This document shows positions 49,597 through 55,897 of a DNA stretch of 64,000 nucleotides, one piece after another. The first letter of the stretch is position 1, and every line of letters starts with the position of its first letter. A model generated the notes under the pieces. That model did no database searches, was not told the origin of the DNA, and saw nothing but the letters and a program-made list of their open reading frames with translations. The DNA lies in the IMG/VR virus record IMGVR_UViG_3300005329_000012, positions 25,544 through 89,543 of that record; one strand, given 5' to 3'. This DNA is from a virus. The translations under genes were made by a program, and so were the position numbers.

Positions 49597-49639
49597 CCCC
49601 CAGGTGGGGGACGCGCTTCCCCCGCGGTGCAGGTATGAT
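49597..49639 (+). promoter_or_regulatory. Promoter of RNA array (-10 TATGAT) with CCCCC-N4-GGGGG element
   Basis: CCCCCAGGTGGGGG-N23-TATGAT upstream of the first tRNA. Confidence 0.55.
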
Positions 49640-49885
49640 TCGCAACAGATAGCTCAGGGTGCCTCCGTCCCACAGCAGGGATGTGAAGGTCGTCAGTGGC
49701 CTCGGCCACCAGGAAAGGCGACCGGATCGGATGGCCCGCCAGTCAGATCGGCGGGGCAGAGAGAGCCTCCTGAGGGATTCGTCCCTCAGGGAAACACGGG
49801 GCCGCTGCATGCCCCGTGACCGAGTCGGCGCAGGATTCGACGCCTGCCGTCACGCTGGAAGGCGCGGCCCGGAATGCAGCTGCGA

Positions 49886-49959
49886 CGCGGGGTAGAGCAG
49901 TTTGGTAGCTCGCCAGGCTCATAACCTGGAGGTCGTGGGTTCAAATCCCACTCCCGCTA
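49886..49959 (+). tRNA. tRNA-fMet(CAT)
   Basis: Cloverleaf, C1:U72 mismatch, loop CTCATAA. Confidence 0.92.
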
Positions 49960-50154
49960 CTTGAGGTACAAGTTCGAGCCCGCCACGGCGGGCAGCCCCG
50001 CAAGGGGCGATTGAGCCCGGGCCGAGCCCTCCCGGGACCTAAAAAGGGGCTTCTGGCTTCGCTGTTACCAGGAACCGAACAGCGTGGTGGAGGCTGGCGT
50101 ACCGCGTCAGGCCCTCGCACGGGGAGGCACGGCGTCAACTGGTGCCTCAGAATA

Positions 50155-50229
50155 CAGGGTGTAGCTCAGTCTGGTGAGAGTACTCCGTTGGGGACGGAGA
50201 GGTCGTGGGTTCAAGTCCCACCACCCTGA
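50155..50229 (+). tRNA. tRNA-Pro(GGG)
   Basis: Cloverleaf, loop TTGGGGA. Confidence 0.92.
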
Positions 50230-50279
50230 TGGCGACCGCGGCCGGTAACGGCGGGGACGGCTCGGAGAGACGAGCGCAT

Positions 50280-50353
50280 CAGCGTGTAGCTCAGTCTGGC
50301 AGAGTCGCCGCTTCGGGAGCGGATGGTCGCAGGTTCGAATCCTGCCACGCTGA
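50280..50353 (+). tRNA. tRNA-Pro(CGG)
   Basis: Cloverleaf, loop TTCGGGA. Confidence 0.9.
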
Positions 50354-50412
50354 CTGGCCCCTTCGGGGGCCGTGTCCGACCGGGCGCGGGAACACCTTCC
50401 CCGGTCGGCCCT

Positions 50413-50786
50413 GGGCCAGCCATGGCTTTCGACAGTCGAGCATGGACGGCGAGATCGCAGCGGGTCGCGGCCTACCGCGCCTAGCCCCGGATCGGGCAAA
50501 CCCAAATGCGAACGACAACGATCGCATCGAGGTCGCGGACACGTTCCCGGCAGAGTGGCTCGCCGCTCCCGCCGAGTCGGCCCTCGTCGCTGCCTGACGA
50601 GCACCAACAGGTAGACCGCACCCGCCGGTAGCGGGTGACGCCCCGGAGAGACGGGTCGCCGCAGGGGTGAACGGCGCTAAACCGATGGACCCCCGAGCCC
50701 GGGGTACGCTGGCCGGGCACACAAGCTGCTAGAAGGTCTTGACGGAACCACCCGGCTGGACGCGGGTTCGACTCCCGCCTGGTCCA
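50413..50786 (+). ncRNA. ssrA: tmRNA; tag reading frame 50508-50597
   Basis: Acceptor GGGCCAG/CTGGTCC-A with G3:U70, GGCTTTCGAC 5' motif, T-arm GCGGG-TTCGACT-CCCGC, tag ANDN...ALVAA-TGA. Confidence 0.93.
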
Positions 50787-50927
50787 CTCCACTGCACCAA
50801 GCGTTGCCCCGACGGCGACGGGTCCCGGCTCTGCGGAGCACACTGCAACCGGGCCGCGGACGTGCTCACCGCGCGGTCGCTGATGAACGACGGAGGCCCG
50901 ACCAGTTCGGGGCTGAGGTCTCCACCT

Positions 50928-51001
50928 ATGCCGCTAGCTCAATCAGGCAGAGCAGGTGTCTCCAAAGCACAAGGTTCCGGGTTCGATTCCTGGGCGGCAT
51001 G
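50928..51001 (+). tRNA. tRNA-Trp(CCA)
   Basis: Cloverleaf, loop CTCCAAA. Confidence 0.88.
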
Positions 51002-51015
51002 CCTCGCACCACCCT

Positions 51016-51088
51016 GTCCGGTTCGTCTAGTGGACCAGGATGCCGCCCTCTCACGGCGGAGACACGGGATCGTAGCCCGTACTGGACA
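51016..51088 (+). tRNA. tRNA-Glu(CTC)
   Basis: Cloverleaf, loop CTCTCAC; atypical T-loop ATCGTAG. Confidence 0.85.
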
Positions 51089-51125
51089 TAGGGCACGCTC
51101 GGCCGCGAGGCCGCCGTGCCCGCAT

Positions 51126-51198
51126 TGGCGGGTAGCTCAGTCGGTAGAGCGGCTCCCTGTTAAGGAGAAGGTCGTGGGATCGAAGCCCACCCTGCCAG
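51126..51198 (+). tRNA. tRNA-Asn(GTT)
   Basis: Cloverleaf, loop CTGTTAA. Confidence 0.9.
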
Positions 51199-51246
51199 CT
51201 CACAGCGCCCTAGCAGGGGGCGCGGACACAAGTACCCTGCGCGCGT

Positions 51247-51319
51247 AGCCCGTTCGACTAGCGGACAGGTCGCCGCTCTTTCAAGGCGGTAGGCGCGGGT
51301 TCGAATCCCGCACGGGCCA
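51247..51319 (+). tRNA. tRNA-Glu(TTC)
   Basis: Cloverleaf, loop CTTTCAA; 1:72 mismatch. Confidence 0.85.
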
Positions 51320-51352
51320 TTGCCAGGCAGCACAGCAAGACCGCAGCGCCAC

Positions 51353-51423
51353 TGGGAGGTCGTCTAATGGTAGGACGCCGGGTTCTGGCCCCGGAAACTG
51401 AGGTTCGACCCCTTGCCACCCAG
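51353..51423 (+). tRNA. tRNA-Gln(CTG)
   Basis: Cloverleaf, loop TTCTGGC. Confidence 0.85.
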
Positions 51424-51435
51424 CTCGCAACACCC

Positions 51436-51508
51436 GCCTCGCTAGCTCAGTCGGTAGAGCAGGGGACTTTTAATCCCAAGGTCCTAGGTTCGAACCCTAG
51501 GCGGGGCA
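51436..51508 (+). tRNA. tRNA-Lys(TTT)
   Basis: Cloverleaf, loop CTTTTAA. Confidence 0.92.
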
Positions 51509-51660
51509 CTGCAACAACTTCTCGACGTGGCGTCCCGCGAGGGGCGCTGGCGAAGCCGTCCGACGCATCCCTGGATCGCGACCAGGCTCTCAGTGGCGGG
51601 GGAACGCGGGTTCGATTCCCGCAACGCTCCTAACCGGGCGGGCCTGGCACGTCGGGGCGC

Positions 51661-51733
51661 GGACCGCTAGCTCAGTCGGCAGAGCAGGGGCCTCTTAAGC
51701 CCAAGGTCCAGGGTTCGATCCCCTGGCGGTCCA
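51661..51733 (+). tRNA. tRNA-Lys(CTT)
   Basis: Cloverleaf, loop CTCTTAA. Confidence 0.92.
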
Positions 51734-51821
51734 CTCAGGGAGGCGCGACGGAGTTCGGCCTGACGGCCGCCGTTGGGAAGCCCCGGCCCCGGTGCCGGGT
51801 GGCCTACCCCTCCCTGTACAC

Positions 51822-51903
51822 GCTCCTGTGGCGGAACAGGTAGACGCGCTGGTTTCAGGAACCAGTGTCTTCGGACGTGGGGGTTCGGATCCCTCCGGGA
51901 GCA
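51822..51903 (+). tRNA. tRNA-Leu(CAG)
   Basis: Type II cloverleaf, loop TTCAGGA. Confidence 0.9.
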
Positions 51904-51974
51904 CTTGACAACCCCGGCTTCGGCCGGAGACGCGCGGGGCGGCGTGGGCCTTCGGGCCGGGACAGCCCCAACAT

Positions 51975-52058
51975 GCGCTCGTGGTGGAATCGGTAGACAC
52001 GTCGGCTTGAGGAGCCGGTGGCCGCGAGGTCGTGGGGGTTCAACTCCCTCCGGGCGCA
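51975..52058 (+). tRNA. tRNA-Leu(GAG)
   Basis: Type II cloverleaf, loop TTGAGGA. Confidence 0.9.
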
Positions 52059-52157
52059 CTAGGCTGGCCGTCAGACGGTGAGAACGCGGCCCGCTCAGGG
52101 AAGGCACCTACCCGGGCCGACTGCTCACCTCTTTGCCCGGACGTAGCCTTCCCGCAC

Positions 52158-52230
52158 GGCGACGTAACTCAGTCGGTAGAGTGTCTGTCTGAAAAGCAGA
52201 AGGTCGGCGGTTCAAGTCCGCCCGTCGCCA
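52158..52230 (+). tRNA. tRNA-Phe(GAA)
   Basis: Cloverleaf, loop CTGAAAA. Confidence 0.92.
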
Positions 52231-52372
52231 TCGAGAGAGGGAAACATCCCGGAAGCGGTAGTGTGTTGAGGCCGGGGCCGAACCGCCTGACGCTGGCGGG
52301 GGAATGGGAGCACCCGGGCGCACCCGGAGTCCCGGTTCGAGTCCGGGCCGCGAGACCCTCCCTCGGAACCGC

Positions 52373-52454
52373 GCCCGCCTGGCGGAACAGGTAGACGCCC
52401 CGGCTTCAAACACCGGCGCCACCAGGCGTTCGGGTTCGAGTCCCGAGGCGGGCA
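52373..52454 (+). tRNA. tRNA-Leu(CAA)
   Basis: Type II cloverleaf, loop TTCAAAC. Confidence 0.88.
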
Positions 52455-52469
52455 TAGCAAGACCAGCAT

Positions 52470-52542
52470 GGAGGACGTAGCTCAGTGGTAGAGTCGCGGG
52501 TTGTGGTCCCGTCGGTCGTGGGTTCGATCCCCACCGTCCTCC
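52470..52542 (+). tRNA. tRNA-His(GTG)
   Basis: G-1:C73, loop TTGTGGT. Confidence 0.9.
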
Positions 52543-52640
52543 CTCCCTGTGGCCCCGCATTGCCAAAGCAGAGGAACCACCGGCCCGTTACGCGGGGAAG
52601 CACCGGGCGCCGTCGGCCTGTGAACAGAACGGACGGACAC

Positions 52641-52714
52641 GTGGGAGTAGCTCAGTTCGGTAGAGTGTCGGCTTGCCAAGTCGAAGGTCGCGGGTTCGAT
52701 CCCCGTCTCCCACA
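52641..52714 (+). tRNA. tRNA-Gly(GCC)
   Basis: Cloverleaf, loop TTGCCAA. Confidence 0.9.
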
Positions 52715-52755
52715 CTGCCGCCCAGGCCCGGAAGGGAGCAAGCGGCCACAGCAGT
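52715..52755 (+). ncRNA. SRP RNA helix-8 (Ffh-binding) hairpin
   Basis: CCGCC-CAGG-CCC-GGAA-GGG-AGCA-AGCGG: conserved symmetric loop and GGAA tetraloop of SRP helix 8. Confidence 0.7.
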
Positions 52756-52847
52756 CCGCCGGGGGCACGCCGAGGCGCATGCGCCGAAGCAGCCCTAAGA
52801 CAGAGCCGCGTTCCGGTCGCGGCCTAATCCCTAAGCGGGCTGCACAC

Positions 52848-52921
52848 GCCACCGTAGCTCAGTCGGCAAGAGCGCCCGCCTTGTAAGCGGGAGGTCCGGG
52901 GCTCGACCCCCCGCGGTGGCT
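52848..52921 (+). tRNA. tRNA-Thr(TGT)
   Basis: Cloverleaf, loop CTTGTAA. Confidence 0.88.
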
Positions 52922-52930
52922 CTCGTACAC

Positions 52931-53003
52931 GCCCCGCTAGCTCAGCGGAAAGAGCGACGGGTTCCTAACCCGCAGGTCGCAGGTTCGATCCCTGCGCGGG
53001 GCA
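52931..53003 (+). tRNA. tRNA-Arg(CCT)
   Basis: Cloverleaf, loop TTCCTAA. Confidence 0.9.
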
Positions 53004-53138
53004 TCCACCGAGGCTGGGCGCGCGAGGTCCGTCGCCGGACGCGTCCGCTGCCGTAGTACCCTCTGACGACACGGGAGAGCGGCAGGCGCCTTCGGGCGCG
53101 TGAAAGGCTTAGCGGCCCGGTAGCCAACTCGGTGATTT

Positions 53139-53212
53139 GCGCTGGTAGCTCAGTCGGATAGAGCCACGGGCTTCTAACCCGTCGGTCGGGGGTTCGAGTC
53201 CCTCTCGGCGCA
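53139..53212 (+). tRNA. tRNA-Arg(TCT)
   Basis: Cloverleaf, loop CTTCTAA. Confidence 0.9.
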
Positions 53213-53311
53213 TCGTGGGTCCTCCAGGAGGGGTGACAGCGAGGACATCTGGCCGGGCATTCGTGGAGCCGCCCCTGCCCGGGAACAACTGGCGGCCTAG
53301 ACCCTCCACCC

Positions 53312-53385
53312 GCACGCATAGCTCAGTCTGGCAGAGCGACGCGCTTCCAACGCGTAGGTCAGGGGTTCGAGGCCCCTTGCGTGCT
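53312..53385 (+). tRNA. tRNA-Gly(TCC)
   Basis: Cloverleaf, loop CTTCCAA. Confidence 0.9.
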
Positions 53386-53392
53386 TCATCGC

Positions 53393-53466
53393 TGCTCCGT
53401 AGCTCAGTCAGGCAGAGCGTCCGGCTCATAACCGGCAGGTCGAGGGTTCGAGTCCCTCCGGAGCGA
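53393..53466 (+). tRNA. tRNA-Met(CAT), elongator (Ile2 not excluded)
   Basis: Cloverleaf, loop CTCATAA. Confidence 0.85.
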
Positions 53467-53669
53467 CTGGGGACAGCGGGGCGGACCGCCCGCCGGGAAC
53501 ACACTTCGCCGTGCACGGCGCAAGGCACGTCCTGGCAGCAGTGGCCACCGGACGGAATCCGATCGACCGCGCCCTACCTAACTGCTGGCCACCGGCCGAT
53601 GGTCATTCCGCCGTTCGACTCGGCGAGCCGGGGAGGGTGGCTCCCTCCAGCCAGGCCAGCAGGTCTTTC

Positions 53670-53743
53670 GCCCGTGTAGCTCAGTCAGGCAGAGCACTTC
53701 CCTCGTAAGGAAGGGGTCCGGGGTTCAACTCCCCGCGCGGGCT
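53670..53743 (+). tRNA. tRNA-Thr(CGT)
   Basis: Cloverleaf, loop CTCGTAA. Confidence 0.9.
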
Positions 53744-53909
53744 CTTGGGTGCCGGTTCGTCGATCGTGGGCCGGTCCCCAGCAGCTTCATGAAGAACCGC
53801 GCGATGCATCGCGCATAGGAGGGCCGGGGTGCGAATCCCTGTAGAGAAAACGGTTGCCTCCGAACCGGGAGCGGTTGACGGGCCAGATCACCCGCGGCGC
53901 TCCCGACCC

Positions 53910-53984
53910 GCCGACGTAGCTCAGTCAGGCCAGAGCACTTCCTCGGTAAGGAAGGGGTCCAGGGTTCAAGTCCCTGCGTCGGCT
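53910..53984 (+). tRNA. tRNA-Thr(GGT)
   Basis: Cloverleaf, loop TCGGTAA (C33). Confidence 0.88.
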
Positions 53985-53990
53985 TCGCAC

Positions 53991-54063
53991 GGCCCGTTAG
54001 CTCAGTGGACAGAGTGTCCGGCTTCGAACCGGATGGTCGGGGGTTCGACTCCCTCACGGGCCG
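53991..54063 (+). tRNA. tRNA-Arg(TCG)
   Basis: Cloverleaf, loop CTTCGAA. Confidence 0.9.
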
Positions 54064-54170
54064 CTTCCGTGGAACGTCGGGTAGGTCGCCACTGGCGGCC
54101 AGGCCCGGCGCGATCGGTTCACGCGGGAGGCAGCGCGTGAGAGGGGTGGAAGTCCCCACTGCCACAACAC

Positions 54171-54245
54171 GGACCGTTAGCTCAGCATGGTCAGAGTAGC
54201 GCCCTGTCGAGGCGATGGTCACGGGTTCGAATCCCGTACGGTCCG
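54171..54245 (+). tRNA. tRNA-Asp(GTC)
   Basis: Cloverleaf, loop CTGTCGA, G73. Confidence 0.9.
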
Positions 54246-54342
54246 CTCCGTTTCAGAACGCACGAAAACGGGTAGAAACAACCCACGGGGCCGTCTTCGG
54301 GCGCCCCGTCCAAACCAAGCACCAGGGGGCAAGACAGCAACG

Positions 54343-55044
54343 ATGGCAGACCAGAAGTACTACGACTCGACGGACACCGAGCGGACCAACCCGCTCAGCC
54401 GTCAGCAGGCGGCGCAGGTCCAGATGGGCGGACACGCGGTGGTCGACGAAGACGGCCAGCCCGCGACACTCTACGCGTACGACGTGCTCCACGGCCGCGA
54501 GGCCGTGACCGGCGAGGTATCGGCGGACCAGCTCGACCGCGAGGCCCTCAAGGCCAACGGCGGCGAGGCCCGCGACGCCTGGCAGGAGCAGGCCGACGAG
54601 AACGCCGCCGACGGCGGCGACGAGCCCGAGCGGCTCACGATCCCGCAGCTCAAGGAGCAGATCGCGGACCTCAGCGACGAGGACCTCGACAGCTACGCGA
54701 ACGACGACCGCAAGGGCGCCCAGGAGGCCGCGAAGGCCGAGCAGGCGCGCCGCGCGGAGGCCGCCGAGGCCGACGAGAAGAACGAGGACGAGAACAGCAC
54801 GGCCAGCGGCGCCGAGGGCGTCGAGGCCGCCGTCCAGGGCGTCCTGGAGTCGCAGCAGGCCGCCAGCAACCGGCCGCCCGACTCCGACGAGGCGCAGGCG
54901 CTTCTCGCGCAGGCCACCGTCGGCGGCGACAGCGGCGACGCGACCGTGGAGGGCGTCGTCGAGGACGACGGCTCCCCGGGCGACAAGGAGTTCGACCCGG
55001 ACGCCGCGGCGGACGAGAAGGACTCCGAGGACGAGGACAAGTAG
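54343..55044 (+). CDS. Highly acidic hypothetical protein inside the tRNA array
   Basis: ATG 54343 (MADQKYYDST...), D/E-rich, normal codon bias, followed by hairpin 55050-55071. Confidence 0.8.
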   Translation: MADQKYYDSTDTERTNPLSRQQAAQVQMGGHAVVDEDGQPATLYAYDVLHGREAVTGEVSADQLDREALKANGGEARDAWQEQADENAADGGDEPERLTIPQLKEQIADLSDEDLDSYANDDRKGAQEAAKAEQARRAEAAEADEKNEDENSTASGAEGVEAAVQGVLESQQAASNRPPDSDEAQALLAQATVGGDSGDATVEGVVEDDGSPGDKEFDPDAAADEKDSEDEDK

Positions 55045-55075
55045 CACACGAGGCCCCCGCGAGGGGGCCTCACCA

Positions 55076-55148
55076 GGGCGGCTAGCTCAGTAGGGAGAGC
55101 GCCGGTTTCACACGCCGTAGGTCGCAGGTTCGAGCCCTGCGCCGCCCA
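55076..55148 (+). tRNA. tRNA-Val(CAC)
   Basis: Cloverleaf, loop TTCACAC. Confidence 0.9.
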
Positions 55149-55439
55149 TCGACCGTAGGACCGTTGGCCTAAAAGCAGCCACCGGCTAAGGAGTGGCGAG
55201 GCAGGGATCGGGGACCGGAACCAGAAGGGTCGATCCGATCTTCAAAGATTCACCGGGCCTGGTAAGGGAGAAGCCCGGGCATCTGCCGCGAAGGCCCGAC
55301 GCAAGGAGAAGCGTCGGGGAGAAGCCCGGAACGGAAGCGAGCCGCATACCCTGCGCGGCGAGCCGACGAGGACTGACCGTCCTACCGGGATGCCGACTTC
55401 GCACGTGAGCCTTTGGCGTAGCAGCACACCTTCGGTCGA
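55149..55439 (+). ncRNA. Candidate novel ncRNA mimicking the 23S rRNA GTPase-associated centre (H43-H44, uL11 site) with ~220-nt insertion
   Basis: Terminal stem TCGACCGTAGG/CCTTCGGTCGA; GGACCGTTGGCCTAAAAGCAGCCACCGGCTAAGGAGTG ... GCGTAGCAGCACAC aligns with 23S nt ~1055-1104. Confidence 0.7.
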
Positions 55440-55445
55440 ACCCAT

Positions 55446-55680
55446 TCGAAGGGGAAGACACGCGCGGCGCGGTGCTTCGAGACGCGTCGAGGAAAGTCAG
55501 GCCACCTGCCGCCCGGGGACGGGACGGCAAACGCGCGGCGACCGAGCGGGAGGGCTCCGGCCCGTCTCACCGCCAGGACCGGCGGGGTGCAACCCCAAGC
55601 GCGGCGCCCAGACCGGGCGTCCAGGTAGGGGGCACAGATGGATGCGTGTCCTAGACAGAAGCCTGCTTACGAACCTTCGA
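55446..55680 (+). ncRNA. rnpB: Minimal RNase P RNA
   Basis: P1 TCGAAGG/CCTTCGA, P2 GACACGC/GCGTGTC, CR-I GAGGAAAGTCAGG, CR-IV AGATGGATG, CR-V ACAGAAGCCTGCTTA; P4 pairing has a compensatory change. Confidence 0.88.
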
Positions 55681-55729
55681 GACACGGTCCCTAACCGCTT
55701 AGGCTAACAACCGCGGGGCGGGGCCTCCA

Positions 55730-55803
55730 GACCGCGTAGCTCAGTCGGGACGAGCGCCACGTTGACATCGTGGAGGTCGGTGGTTCGAGCCCACCCGTGG
55801 TCA
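55730..55803 (+). tRNA. tRNA-Val(GAC)
   Basis: Cloverleaf, loop TTGACAT. Confidence 0.9.
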
Positions 55804-55809
55804 CTGCAA

Positions 55810-55882
55810 GTCCCAGTAGCTCAGAGGACAGAGTGCAGCCCTGCGAAGGCTGAGGTCGGCGGTTCGATCCCGCCCTGGGACG
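55810..55882 (+). tRNA. tRNA-Arg(GCG)
   Basis: Cloverleaf, loop CTGCGAA. Confidence 0.9.
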
Positions 55883-55897
55883 CTACACTTTGGGGCA

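Noticed and set aside
49688-49750. Resemblance to the ZTP (pfl) riboswitch
   Set aside because: Lacks the conserved GACUGGCG and the 3' pseudoknot hairpin.
50878-50925. CTGATGA hammerhead or box C/D-like motif
   Set aside because: No GAAA partner; the motif sits in a simple hairpin loop.
52543-52630. HDV-like (theta) ribozyme after tRNA-His
   Set aside because: Only a simple pseudoknot (CCCCGC/GCGGGG with GCCCG/CGGGC) is visible; no P3/L3 or catalytic J4/2 pattern.
53062-53110. Possible hammerhead ribozyme (CTGACGA ... GAAA)
   Set aside because: The stem II register does not fit the G12-A13-A14 core, and no stem III/UH cleavage site can be formed.
49527-54245. Many short ORFs called across the tRNA array
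   Set aside because: They overlap tRNAs and structured RNAs and lack the phage codon bias. The exception is the tmRNA tag at the end of track ORF 50205..50597.
55149-55439. Annotation as a true 23S rRNA gene fragment or assembly chimera
   Set aside because: Similarity is limited to the H43-H44 core, split by an insert and closed by its own stem. The flanks are phage tRNA and RNase P RNA.
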